DNA of 63,878 nucleotides, from the NCBI GenBank assembly GCA_040384725.1, contig JAZKIS010000010.1:1-63878 (forward strand), written 5' to 3'. Numbering within the stretch: the stretch's first letter is position 1; the number at the start of each line of letters is the position of its first letter. A model generated the notes under the pieces. It did not search any database and was not told where the DNA came from. It saw nothing but the letters and a program-made list of their open reading frames with translations. The stretch is from Patescibacteria group bacterium. GTDB taxonomy: Bacteria > Patescibacteriota > Minisyncoccia > Phycocordibacterales > Phycocordibacteraceae. Both the position numbers and the translations under genes were made by a program. Positions 44,158 to 52,908 of the stretch are shown here, piece after piece.

Positions 44158-45156
44158 CTAGCGGACGGCAGCGGCAACCTTCTCGAGACGCGCGAGGAAG
44201 GCATCACGGGCTGCGGGCACGTTCTCGTCCTCCCCTTTCCAGACCATGAGCGCCTCTTCCTGGAGCGCGCGCGCATAGCTGAAGGTAAGGGGCCACGGTG
44301 CCTTTCGTTCACGGGCGAGCTTCGTTATGGCTGCGAGGTTCGCGGTTGCCTGGTCCGGGGTCTGTCCGCCGGAAAGGAAGACGATACCCGCCACCTCGCG
44401 AGGCACGGTCTCCATGAGCGCGCCGAGCGTGTCTTCTGCAACTTCTTCAGGCGTGTCTTCCCGTCCGCTCTTATTCCCCGAGACCGCCATGGAGGTCTTT
44501 ATGATGATGCCGGAGAGGTCCGCGCACTGCTCGTTCAGCGTATCGAAGAGCACGCGCATCGCGGATTCGATAACCGCGCGCGCGCGGAGCCTGCTGTGTG
44601 CGCCGTCCAGGAGCACCTCAGGCTCAAGCATCGGCACCATGCCCGCTTTCTGCACCTCGCAGGCATAGGTCGCGAGCCGCTTCGCGTTCTCGACGAGCGC
44701 TCTTGCTGTCGGGAGACGGTCTCCCTCTATGGTTATGGCCGCGCGCCACTTCGTGAATCCGGTACCGTATGTCGCGTGAAAGTCGGTAAGGCGCTCCGGC
44801 AGGCCGAGCAGTCCTTTCGTTATGTTCTCGTTCGAGCTCTCTGCAAGCGGCTCGAGACCCTGATCGACCTTGATGCCTGGGAGTATCCCCTTGTCGCTCA
44901 GGAGCTTCGGAAACGGCACACCGTTATCTCCCTTCTGCGAGAGCGTCTCTTCATGGAGGATTACGCCCGTTAGATAGTGCTCTATGCCCGGCGTCGCGAG
45001 GAGCATGTCGCGGAATTTCCTACGCATCTCAGGACCGGTCTCGATCCCGAAGGCTACGAGGCGCTTCTCGTCCGCGCTCTTCTCGCTCTCGTCAGCGGCA
45101 AGGATTCCCTTGCCTGGAGCGACCAGGGCTCGCGCACTATCTGAAAGGTTCATCAT
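44158..45156 (-). CDS. fba: Fructose-bisphosphate aldolase, class I
   Basis: GKGILAADES, GIKVDQG, IIKTSMAV (Schiff-base Lys context) and VFLSGGQ. Confidence 0.9.
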   Translation of the reverse strand: MMNLSDSARALVAPGKGILAADESEKSADEKRLVAFGIETGPEMRRKFRDMLLATPGIEHYLTGVILHEETLSQKGDNGVPFPKLLSDKGILPGIKVDQGLEPLAESSNENITKGLLGLPERLTDFHATYGTGFTKWRAAITIEGDRLPTARALVENAKRLATYACEVQKAGMVPMLEPEVLLDGAHSRLRARAVIESAMRVLFDTLNEQCADLSGIIIKTSMAVSGNKSGREDTPEEVAEDTLGALMETVPREVAGIVFLSGGQTPDQATANLAAITKLARERKAPWPLTFSYARALQEEALMVWKGEDENVPAARDAFLARLEKVAAAVR

Positions 45157-45200
45157 GAAAAAAGTGTAGCATGCGCGTTCTCGTGGGGTAGAATATTCCT

Positions 45201-45455
45201 ATGAACATCGTCTTCGACGAAGAACAGCAGCTCGTGCGGGTACGGCAGACCAAGGTATCCGGCCTCTACGGTCTCATTATCCGTTGGGGATTCGCGAAAG
45301 ACCAGAGAAGCGCAGGCATGGTGCTCGCCATCGCGGCCGGATGCATGATCTTGCTTGCTCTAGGCATTGTGGTATTTGCTCCCGGGAACGGGGGTGACAT
45401 CTCACAGCAGGAATACCTGCGCAACGGAAACATAACCGCTCCGCCTCAGCCATGA
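45201..45455 (+). CDS. FDEE-motif small single-pass membrane protein, copy S1
   Basis: 84 aa: MNIVFDEEQQ...IRWGFAKDQRSAGMVLAIAAGCMILLALGIVVF...APPQP. Its stop overlaps the pilin ATG (ATGA). Paralogs are at 49057..49311 and 51559..51810. Confidence 0.7.
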   Translation: MNIVFDEEQQLVRVRQTKVSGLYGLIIRWGFAKDQRSAGMVLAIAAGCMILLALGIVVFAPGNGGDISQQEYLRNGNITAPPQP

Positions 45456-45931
45456 ATCGCGGATTCACCCTGATCGAGCTCCTCGTGGTTATCGCCATCA
45501 TTGGCATGCTCTCGTCGGTGGTGCTGGTGTCGCTCAGTACCGCGCGAGCGCGAGCGCGCGATGCAGAAGTAAGGATGGAGCTCGCACAGATCCGCACCGC
45601 CATACAGCTCTACTACACCCAAAACGGCTCCATGCCTCCGAACATTTACCCGACTAACTACTGCAGCAACCAGGCAAACTTCCTTCAGTCTCTGGTGACC
45701 GCCGGATACCTTCCCGCCAATATCACGGCTCCGAACAACTCGACTAACCCTTACTGCTATTACGATTACGGCTCTGGAGGCCTTCCGGGAGCCATTATCG
45801 TAGGCTGGCTCGAAGCGGCCACGCCGCCTTCTACTGCAGGATTCAGGGGGACGTGCCGGCCATGGACAGCAGGCGCGAACTGGTGCGACCAGGCCATCAA
45901 CGGGTACTACTGTCTCTGCTCTACGTACTAG
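45452..45931 (+). CDS. Type IV pilin-like protein P1 (prepilin N-terminal cleavage/methylation motif)
   Basis: MNRG|[20 protein letters not shown]... is a class III signal peptide with Glu5. Cys pairs occur in the C-terminal globular part. Confidence 0.9.
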   Translation: MNRGFTLIELLVVIAIIGMLSSVVLVSLSTARARARDAEVRMELAQIRTAIQLYYTQNGSMPPNIYPTNYCSNQANFLQSLVTAGYLPANITAPNNSTNPYCYYDYGSGGLPGAIIVGWLEAATPPSTAGFRGTCRPWTAGANWCDQAINGYYCLCSTY

Positions 45932-45953
45932 CGTACATGCTAAACTCTATGCC

Positions 45954-46949
45954 ATGAGCATAGATTTCCTCGCCATAGGCGACATCGTTACTGAACCGTT
46001 TATCCGCCTTACGGACGCCCACGTCGAGAACCTGAAAGATTCAGACGCAAAGCAGCTGTGCATGCGCTTCGGGGACAAGATCCCCTACGAATACGCAGTG
46101 CTCGCAGTTGCCGTTGGGAATGCGAGCAACGCCGCGGTTGCGGCGTCGAGACTCGGCCTTTCCTCGTCGCTGCGCGCGTATGTCGGCGACGACCGCTATG
46201 GCCCTGAGTGCATCGCGAAGCTCGTTGAGGAGAAGGTAGACACATCTCTCATGGTTACCGAGCCCGGCAAGGCCACGAACTACCATTACGTGCTCTGGTA
46301 CGGCAGCGAGCGCACCATCCTCGTGAAGCACGAAGAGTTCGCGTACACCGTGCCCGAGCTTTCGGAAAGCCCTAAGTGGCTCTACCTTTCCTCGCTCTCA
46401 GAGAACTCCCTTCCGTATCACGAAGCGATCCTCGAGCTTCTTAAAAAGCACCCCGATACGAAACTCGCCTTCCAGCCGGGCACGTTCCAGATGAAGCTCG
46501 GCAAGGAAGCCTTGAAAGGTCTCTACGAGCGGAGCACGCTCTTCTTTTGCAATAAGGAGGAAGCGCAGCGCATCCTCGATCTTCCTGAAGAGCATGACCT
46601 GGGTATCCTTCTCGAGAAGTTCGCCGCACTCGGCCCTAAGATCGTCGTGATCACGGACGGCCGCGAGGGCGCGTACGCGTACGACGGTGCACGGAAGATG
46701 CACGTACCGATGTATCCGGATTCACGGGAGCCGTTCGAGCGCACCGGCGCCGGCGATTCGTTCGCCTCTACGGTTACCGCAGCGCTCTCCCTCGGGAAGC
46801 CGCTCGAGGAAGCGCTTCTCTGGGGACCGATCAACTCCATGGCCGTGGTGCAGGAAGTCGGCGCACAGAAGGGGCTCCTGACGCTCGCACAGCTTGAGGA
46901 CTATCTTAAGAAAGCCCCTCCCGAATACGCCATTACGGACCTTCCGTAA
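45954..46949 (+). CDS. PfkB-family carbohydrate kinase (ribokinase/phosphofructokinase-like)
   Basis: N-terminal ...FLAIGDIV... and C-terminal ...TGAGDSFASTV... are the PfkB signatures. Confidence 0.87.
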   Translation: MSIDFLAIGDIVTEPFIRLTDAHVENLKDSDAKQLCMRFGDKIPYEYAVLAVAVGNASNAAVAASRLGLSSSLRAYVGDDRYGPECIAKLVEEKVDTSLMVTEPGKATNYHYVLWYGSERTILVKHEEFAYTVPELSESPKWLYLSSLSENSLPYHEAILELLKKHPDTKLAFQPGTFQMKLGKEALKGLYERSTLFFCNKEEAQRILDLPEEHDLGILLEKFAALGPKIVVITDGREGAYAYDGARKMHVPMYPDSREPFERTGAGDSFASTVTAALSLGKPLEEALLWGPINSMAVVQEVGAQKGLLTLAQLEDYLKKAPPEYAITDLP

Positions 46950-46951
46950 CG

Positions 46952-46981
46952 AAAAGCCCGCATCCTAGGATGCGGGCTTTT
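46952..46981. terminator. Bidirectional terminator between the convergent pfkB-like gene and the tkt operon
   Basis: AAAAGCCCGCATCC TA GGATGCGGGCTTTT. Confidence 0.7.
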
Positions 46982-47168
46982 CTGCTGCCGACTCTTCCTT
47001 ATGTTTCCCTTTCTCGAAGTCCGCATCCGCTGCAAAAGGGTTAAAAGGCGGCTCGTTATAGGCTGCGTTGGTTGAATTAATCGCGTCGACGATCAAGGCG
47101 ATCGCCCCTGCGGCGAGCAGTACGATAAGTGCGATCGCCGCATACGACGTTAACGTCTTCCCCTTCAT
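46965..47168 (-). CDS. Possible 67-aa single-pass membrane protein (last gene of the operon)
   Basis: ATG 47168: MKGKTLTSYAAIALIVLLAAGAIALIV.... It starts 7 nt after the tkt C-section stop. Its 3' end runs into the terminator hairpin. Confidence 0.4.
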   Translation of the reverse strand: MKGKTLTSYAAIALIVLLAAGAIALIVDAINSTNAAYNEPPFNPFAADADFEKGKHKEESAAEKPAS

Positions 47169-47175
47169 ATGAGTA

Positions 47176-48165
47176 CTAGTATATACCGAGTGACTTTCGT
47201 ACGGCAGCACTTATTCCCTGTGCGGAAAGCCCGTAATGCTTAAGGAGTTCCTCTGGTTCTCCCGACTGCCCGAATACGTCCCGCATGCCGAGCCTGGTTA
47301 CCGGAACCGGGTACCGTTCGCCGAGGAACTCGGCGATCGCGCTCCCGAAACCGCCGGCTGCCTGATGCTCTTCTATGGTAAGGACGCGGCCTGCGCGTCG
47401 TGCGGCCTCTTCCACCTTCTCTTCGTCGAGCGGCTTAACCGAAGGCACGTGCAGGACCGTAACCTCAATGCCGTCGACAGCGAGCATGCGCGCGGCGAGC
47501 AATGCCTCGTACGAAAGGGCGCCCGTCGCCATGAGGGCGACCCGAGGCTTCGCGCTCTCCCAGAGCACGAGCGCCTTCCCGATCTCGAACGGGGTGTCGG
47601 TGGTCGTGAAGACCGGTGTCGGCGCACGGCCGAAGCGAAGGTAGGTCGGCGTCTTCGCCGTTGCCGCCGCCATGGTCGCTTTCCTCGCCTCTTCCGCGTC
47701 TCCCGGAACAATCACGTTCATGCCTGGAAGCATGCGCATCATCCCGACGTCCTCGAGCATCTGATGCGTCGCGCCGTCAGGGCCTACCGACACTCCCGCA
47801 TGCATGCCGCACACCACTACCGGCTGCTGGTTGAGCGCTATGGTAGTGCGGATCTGCTCGTAGTTTCGCCCGGGACTGAACGCGGCATACGAAGCGATGA
47901 ACGGACGCTTGCCCACCGCTGCCATGCCCGCCGCTGCCGTCGCCATGTTCTGCTCCGCAACCCCCACCTCGATGAACCGCTCCGGGAACTCCTTCTCGAA
48001 CCATTCGGCGCGCGTACTCTCCTTGAGATCAGCGCACAACACCACGACGTTCGGGTCATTCCTCCCGGCCTCAACCGCGCCGAGACCGAAGCCGTCGCGC
48101 GTCGCCTTCTTCTCAATGTCCTTCGAGAAGATAGCGTCATTCAGCTGTGCGTTCTTGTTAAGCAT
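47176..48165 (-). CDS. tkt: Transketolase, C-terminal section (pyrimidine-binding + C-terminal domains)
   Basis: ...ATRDGFGLGAVEAG...FIEVGVAEQNM... It overlaps the N-terminal section gene by 8 nt. Confidence 0.92.
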   Translation of the reverse strand: MLNKNAQLNDAIFSKDIEKKATRDGFGLGAVEAGRNDPNVVVLCADLKESTRAEWFEKEFPERFIEVGVAEQNMATAAAGMAAVGKRPFIASYAAFSPGRNYEQIRTTIALNQQPVVVCGMHAGVSVGPDGATHQMLEDVGMMRMLPGMNVIVPGDAEEARKATMAAATAKTPTYLRFGRAPTPVFTTTDTPFEIGKALVLWESAKPRVALMATGALSYEALLAARMLAVDGIEVTVLHVPSVKPLDEEKVEEAARRAGRVLTIEEHQAAGGFGSAIAEFLGERYPVPVTRLGMRDVFGQSGEPEELLKHYGLSAQGISAAVRKSLGIY

Positions 48166-49045
48166 ATTCGTTCGGTACCCTTCCGGCCCCGTTCCGGAGC
48201 TCTTTCATGAAGCGGGCGGCCTCTTCCTTCGTAGGCGGCTTGCCGTGCCATTTGTAATCATATTCGATCTCAGGCACGCCCTTCCCGGGAATCGTATGAG
48301 CGATGATGAGGGTCGGCTTCTCGGGGATCGCTTTCGCATGATCTACCGCGTCGACGAAGGCTTCTATATTATGCCCGTCCACCTCCATGACGTGCCAGCC
48401 GAACGCTTCGTACTTTTCCTTAAGAGAGTTGAGCGGCATCACATCCTCGGTCATGCCATCTATCTGGATGTTGTTCCGATCCATAACGGCCGTGAGGTTC
48501 CCGAGCTCGTATTTGTTCGCGAACATAATCGCTTCCCACGTATTTCCTTCCTGCTGCTCGCCGTCCGACATCATCACGTAGGTACGGTTCTTCTTCCCGT
48601 CCATCTTAAGGGCGAGCGCTATGCCCGCCGCTTGCGAGAGCCCGCTCCCTAAAGGGCCTGAGGTTGTCTCGAGTCCGGGAAGGCGGTCCCGTTCCGGGTG
48701 CCCCTGAAGTCGTGAGCCGAACTTACGGAGCGTGAGGCATTCCTCTACGGGGAAATACCCTGCGTGCGCCATAGCCGAATACCGGACCGGCACGGTATGC
48801 CCGTTACTCAGAATCAATCGGTCCCGGTCTTCCCAATCCGGGTTCTTAGGATCGTGCTTCAGTATATGGAAGTAGAACGCAGCGAAGAGGTCGGCCATGC
48901 CGAGCGGCCCTGCGGTGTGTCCGCTTCCGGCCTGCACCAGCATGTCGAGTATCGTCTCACGGATCGCCTCCGCGTGCGTCTCGATCTTCTTGATCTCGGT
49001 GTCAGTGAGCGCCATTACGCTAACGATACCATGATGCTCTACCAC
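48158..49045 (-). CDS. tkt: Transketolase, N-terminal (TPP-binding) section
   Basis: ...GSGHTAGPLGMADL... and ...MSDGEQQEGNTWEA... are TPP-binding motifs. Confidence 0.92.
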   Translation of the reverse strand: MVEHHGIVSVMALTDTEIKKIETHAEAIRETILDMLVQAGSGHTAGPLGMADLFAAFYFHILKHDPKNPDWEDRDRLILSNGHTVPVRYSAMAHAGYFPVEECLTLRKFGSRLQGHPERDRLPGLETTSGPLGSGLSQAAGIALALKMDGKKNRTYVMMSDGEQQEGNTWEAIMFANKYELGNLTAVMDRNNIQIDGMTEDVMPLNSLKEKYEAFGWHVMEVDGHNIEAFVDAVDHAKAIPEKPTLIIAHTIPGKGVPEIEYDYKWHGKPPTKEEAARFMKELRNGAGRVPNEYA

Positions 49046-49056
49046 GTTACGAATGC

Positions 49057-49311
49057 TTACCGTGCAGAAGTCGTATCAAGGGGCCCCGCAATCGGAGGGA
49101 CCTCTGACGGGTTCGCTGCAGGAGGTCCTTTCGGCCAGAGAACGATCGTAAGGAGCACACAAAAGACCGCTATGCCGATGAGCACGTACTCCGCCTGCTT
49201 ATCCGTCGTGACGATCTTCGTGGAAAGCACGAGTCTCACTAGAAAAGGCTTCTTGGTAATTGCCGGGCGAGCAATGATGTCTGGCTCTTCGTCGAATGAG
49301 ATGGTTGCCAT
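49057..49311 (-). CDS. FDEE-motif small single-pass membrane protein, copy S2
   Basis: ATG 49311: MATISFDEEPDII...TTDKQAEYVLIGIAVFCVLLTIVLW.... 84 aa. It starts 5 nt after the stop of pilin P2. Confidence 0.65.
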   Translation of the reverse strand: MATISFDEEPDIIARPAITKKPFLVRLVLSTKIVTTDKQAEYVLIGIAVFCVLLTIVLWPKGPPAANPSEVPPIAGPLDTTSAR

Positions 49312-49316
49312 AGGTG

Positions 49317-49871
49317 CTATAAGGGTGATACTTCGATTATCTGATTTGAATACGAGCCGCCGAAGGCCGTACACCACGGCTGGCTCGCATTGAAATAGAG
49401 CCTGTGGTTACGTATGCCACATCGGTACCGATTATTGGGATCCTCGAGCTGTCCCGTCAGGTCATACTGCGCTACGTTCGTATCCCTCCCCACATTGCCA
49501 TACGTATATGAGTAGCAGTTATCGCCCCACGGCGGACATGCCGTGTTCACAGGGTCAACCGGGACCTGGGACATATAGGGTGCGAGCGCGGTCCTGAATA
49601 TAGCCCATGAGGCAGCATCATAGCTGTAGCGGTAACCGTTGCAGTCCCAACCGCAGTTCGAGGGCGGATAGTATCCGTAATCGAGAAAGTAGAGCTCAAG
49701 GGCCACGCGTATCTGTCCGAGCTGTGCCATGCGCGTCGCATCCCTCGATTTGATGCGGGCGCTGTTGAGTGAAGAGAGCACGACCGACGAGAGCATACCG
49801 ATGATCGCGATCACGACGAGGAGCTCGATGAGGGTAAAGCCGCGCTGTGTGCCTTTCTGTTTATTACCCAT
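49317..49871 (-). CDS. Type IV pilin-like protein P2
   Basis: ATG 49871: MGNKQKGTQRG|[20 protein letters not shown].... Its start overlaps the rpe-like stop by 8 nt. Confidence 0.9.
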   Translation of the reverse strand: MGNKQKGTQRGFTLIELLVVIAIIGMLSSVVLSSLNSARIKSRDATRMAQLGQIRVALELYFLDYGYYPPSNCGWDCNGYRYSYDAASWAIFRTALAPYMSQVPVDPVNTACPPWGDNCYSYTYGNVGRDTNVAQYDLTGQLEDPNNRYRCGIRNHRLYFNASQPWCTAFGGSYSNQIIEVSPL

Positions 49872-50586
49872 AAATGCCGTGCCGCTGCGTAAGTTCATCG
49901 AACTCACGATAGCGAGCGGCAATATCTGGCGCTTTCCAGAGCGCAGACCCAACCACGAGACGCTTCACGCCGGCCTCAAGGAGCTTCGGCGCGTTCTCAA
50001 GCGTCACGCCTCCGTCCACCTGTATCTCTATGGTCGGATAGCGTTTCTTGAACATCGCGATCTTCGCGAAGACCCGTACGTCGAACGGTTCTCCCTGGTG
50101 CCCGATCTTCCTGATGCCCATGAACTGCACGTAGTCGATCTTCTTCAGGTGCGGTTCGATGAGCGCGAGGTCAGTCTCGATACCGATAGAGAGCCCGAGC
50201 GACAGGAGCCCTGGCGTAAAGTCGGCGTCATGCCCGTACGTGCCGTAGGTACTCGACAGGAAACGCGGGATGAACCGCGTGCTCTCGCTATGCACCGTAA
50301 GTCTCGAGGCGCCGAGACCGATCCACGCGCCCGCTACCGATTCCGGATCGGCACTCATGAGATCGATCTCGAACCGGAAGTCCCCTGCTCGCGGAAGGAG
50401 CTCGCCCGCATTGAGCATGCGCGAAGGCTCGGCAGCATCGGTGATGTACGGCCAGCTTTTGGGCCCAGCGAACACGCCGTCCACGATATCTACCTGCACC
50501 TCTTCGCAGAGTCCGGAAAGCGTCGACAGCTTCTCCTCGAGATCCTGCCGTGACGTCGGGATTATAGCCGGAACGATTATGCCCAT
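49864..50586 (-). CDS. rpe: Divergent ribulose-phosphate 3-epimerase-like TIM-barrel protein
   Basis: ATG 50586: MGIIVPAII...VQVDIVDGVF...EIDLM...VQFMGI..GHQGEPF...IQVDGGV...LVVGSAL follows the Rpe strand-end pattern but is divergent. The upstream part of the tracked ORF overlaps rpiB. Confidence 0.7.
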   Translation of the reverse strand: MGIIVPAIIPTSRQDLEEKLSTLSGLCEEVQVDIVDGVFAGPKSWPYITDAAEPSRMLNAGELLPRAGDFRFEIDLMSADPESVAGAWIGLGASRLTVHSESTRFIPRFLSSTYGTYGHDADFTPGLLSLGLSIGIETDLALIEPHLKKIDYVQFMGIRKIGHQGEPFDVRVFAKIAMFKKRYPTIEIQVDGGVTLENAPKLLEAGVKRLVVGSALWKAPDIAARYREFDELTQRHGIYG

Positions 50587-50605
50587 GGTTCCAGTATACC
50601 GTCCC

Positions 50606-51094
50606 CTATCCAAGCTTCTTAATGCGGCGTTCGTGACGTTCTTCTGCGGTGAAGGGTGCTTCGAGGAAGATGCGGACAGCCTCTTTCGCATCGTCGTCGG
50701 CAAGGAAGCGGGCTGCGAGGGAGAGCACATTCGCGTCATTATGTTCGCGCGAAAGCCGGACGATATCGTAGCCATCGAGCGCTGGGGCGCCTGCGGCGTC
50801 AATCGCACCCGTCGCATGCGCCTGGCCGTAGTACAGGGCACAGCGTACGCCCTTGACGCGGTTTGCGGCGATCGCCTCTCCCTGCCCTGATCCTCCTATG
50901 ACGATGCCGAGCGTACCAGGAGTAGCGACGACCTTCTGTGCGCACGGAGTGACGTAATCAGGATAATCGTCATCGCCATCAAGGGTGGTGGCGCCGAGGT
51001 CTTCCACCTCGTGCATGAGCATATCGCGCACATATTCAATCAATGTCGCCTTGAGTAGGAATCCGGTATGGTCTGCGGCGATGAATACTTTCAT
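50606..51094 (-). CDS. rpiB: Ribose-5-phosphate isomerase B
   Basis: MKVFIAADHTGF... and ...GIVIGGSGQGEAIAANR... match the RpiB/LacAB family. Confidence 0.92.
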   Translation of the reverse strand: MKVFIAADHTGFLLKATLIEYVRDMLMHEVEDLGATTLDGDDDYPDYVTPCAQKVVATPGTLGIVIGGSGQGEAIAANRVKGVRCALYYGQAHATGAIDAAGAPALDGYDIVRLSREHNDANVLSLAARFLADDDAKEAVRIFLEAPFTAEERHERRIKKLG

Positions 51095-51097
51095 GGG

Positions 51098-51562
51098 TTA
51101 GGGGTTCGCGTAGCAGCCCGGCGAGGTCCAGCTCGCGCTCGTTTCTATATCTGACGAGGCCCCACTGCTGCCCATGCAGAAGTACCGTTGTTTACCGGGA
51201 AGATACGCCATGATTGCGAATCGATTCACGTTATCACCGTTTGTTCCCGTGTAGAGCGAGGGTCCGTTACTTACAATATTCGTACAAATTTGCCGGGCGG
51301 CCGTTGCTTGATTGCCTGAAAAGCTGTTGTTGCATTCGGCAGCAGTGTAGTCCCATCCATACGCAAACGTCGCGAAGCTTCCGGTCTGGGAAAACTCAAA
51401 CTGAGCTGCTGTTGCAAGCTGCCTAACCGCGGCCTTAATGGCAGTGTCACGTGCCTTGAGGCGGGCTGCACTGAGACCTGCTACCACGACCGACGACAGG
51501 ACGCCGATGATGGCAATCACGACGAGGAGCTCGATAAGGGTAAAGCCGCGAGTTGTGGTCAT
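51098..51562 (-). CDS. Type IV pilin-like protein P3
   Basis: MTTTRG|[20 protein letters not shown].... Its stop lies 3 nt before the rpiB ATG. Confidence 0.9.
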   Translation of the reverse strand: MTTTRGFTLIELLVVIAIIGVLSSVVVAGLSAARLKARDTAIKAAVRQLATAAQFEFSQTGSFATFAYGWDYTAAECNNSFSGNQATAARQICTNIVSNGPSLYTGTNGDNVNRFAIMAYLPGKQRYFCMGSSGASSDIETSASWTSPGCYANP

Positions 51563-51810
51563 GGTTGTATAATTGGCGTTGATTGCTCAAGACGCATGCG
51601 TTCGTCCGCATTCAGGGTCGTATCTCCCCTGCTGGAAAAGAGCAGGAAGAATGAGAGGATTACTGCGGCCACGGCAATCCCGACCAATATATAGTTCGCA
51701 TTCTTCTCGTCTTTCGCAAACTTATTGCGCACCATCCATCCGGCCATGCCCTGCTTCCCGGGCGCGGGCGTATAGCCTACTGAGGGTTCTTCGTTGAAGG
51801 ATACTTCCAT
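51559..51810 (-). CDS. FDEE-motif small single-pass membrane protein, copy S3
   Basis: 83 aa: [10 protein letters not shown]...[32 protein letters not shown]...PIIQP. It overlaps the P3 pilin start in an ATGA junction and starts 9 nt after the gap stop. Confidence 0.7.
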   Translation of the reverse strand: MEVSFNEEPSVGYTPAPGKQGMAGWMVRNKFAKDEKNANYILVGIAVAAVILSFFLLFSSRGDTTLNADERMRLEQSTPIIQP

Positions 51811-51819
51811 AAGAGATGA

Positions 51820-52830
51820 TTAGAGGGCTCCTGCCTTTAGTACGTGACGAACCAGGGTCGCGGTGTACCCTGCCTCGTTATCATACCAAGCAAGAACCTT
51901 TACTAAAGTGCCGTCAACAACACGCGTCATCCCGAGGTCCGCGATCGAGGCGAACCGTTGGCCGATGATGTCGCTCGAGACGTACTCCTCGTCTGACGCC
52001 TGGAACAGTCCCTGCCAGCGCGGCTGCTGTGCAGCCATGCGAAGAATGTCATTTACTTCCTCAGCCGTTGTCGGGCGCTTCGCGATGAAGGTGATGTCGG
52101 CAATCGATCCCGCGGGTACGGGAACGCGCAGCGAGATGCCGTCGAACTTGCCCAGGAGCGACGGGTACGCCTTCGTCACCGCAACCGCGGCCCCCGTTGA
52201 GGTTGGCACGATATTCTGGGCTGCTGCCCTCCCTTCTTTCATGTCCTTCTTCGAGGGGCCGTCGACGATCGCCTGCGATGCGGTGTATGCGTGGGTCGTT
52301 GAGAGCACCGCCTTCTCGATACCGATCGCCTCGTCAAGGATCGCGATCACCGGAGACGCCGAGTTCGTCGTGCACGACGCGTTACTCGTGATGGCGCAGG
52401 TTCCGAGCTTCGACTCGTCGAGCCCCATGAGCACCGTCGCGCCGAGCGGGTTCTCGTCTTTGACCGGACCCGTGATGACCACGCGCTTCGCGCCCGCAAG
52501 GATGTGCGCATTCGCCTTCTCATAATCCGTAAAGAAGCCGGTTGCTTCGACTACGACATCGATCGCGAGATCCTTCCATGGAAGCAGTGTGGGATCTTTC
52601 TCGGAGAGGAATGTCACTTCCTTTTCGTTAATGGAGAGCGCTCCTTCCTTCCACGCGACGGGAAACGGCGCACGGCCGTACACGGTATCGAACTGCAGCA
52701 GGTACGCGAGGTTCTCGCTCGAACCGAGATCATTCACGGCGACGAGCTCGATATCCGGATTATCCCAGGTCTGTCGTACAAACGCCCTTCCTATCCTGCC
52801 GAACCCGTTGATCGCTATCCTAGTCGCCAT
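51820..52830 (-). CDS. gap: Glyceraldehyde-3-phosphate dehydrogenase
   Basis: INGFGRIGR is the NAD-binding motif. SNASCTTNS carries the catalytic Cys. Confidence 0.95.
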   Translation of the reverse strand: MATRIAINGFGRIGRAFVRQTWDNPDIELVAVNDLGSSENLAYLLQFDTVYGRAPFPVAWKEGALSINEKEVTFLSEKDPTLLPWKDLAIDVVVEATGFFTDYEKANAHILAGAKRVVITGPVKDENPLGATVLMGLDESKLGTCAITSNASCTTNSASPVIAILDEAIGIEKAVLSTTHAYTASQAIVDGPSKKDMKEGRAAAQNIVPTSTGAAVAVTKAYPSLLGKFDGISLRVPVPAGSIADITFIAKRPTTAEEVNDILRMAAQQPRWQGLFQASDEEYVSSDIIGQRFASIADLGMTRVVDGTLVKVLAWYDNEAGYTATLVRHVLKAGAL

Positions 52831-52843
52831 GGTGAAATTACAG

Positions 52844-52861
52844 ATACCTATATATAGGTAT
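52844..52861. promoter_or_regulatory. 18-bp perfect palindrome between the giant gene and gap (possible promoter or hairpin)
   Basis: ATACCTATATATAGGTAT. On the minus strand, TTGTGA, 16 nt, TATATA could serve as a gap promoter. Confidence 0.3.
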
Positions 52862-52908
52862 AGTCTAGCACCTCACAACCACCATTCTCCCGGAACCCTG
52901 CATGGAGC

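Noticed and set aside
47176-49045. Two-piece transketolase as a frameshifted pseudogene
   Set aside because: The split falls at the TPP-domain/pyrimidine-domain boundary with an 8-nt start/stop overlap, and both halves are intact. This is the known split-transketolase arrangement of many archaea and small-genome bacteria.
4673-50553. Other long shadow ORFs: 4673..5509, 6162..7088, 12481..13245, 14952..15788, 22156..23076, 28293..29135, 29548..30363, 31488..32240, 33496..34260, 34539..35330, 42895..43686, 44110..44973, 47236..48210 and 49729..50553, plus many shorter ones
   Set aside because: Each lies fully inside a confidently identified gene on the opposite strand or in another frame, and each has a low-complexity Arg/Ala/Gly/Ser-rich translation.
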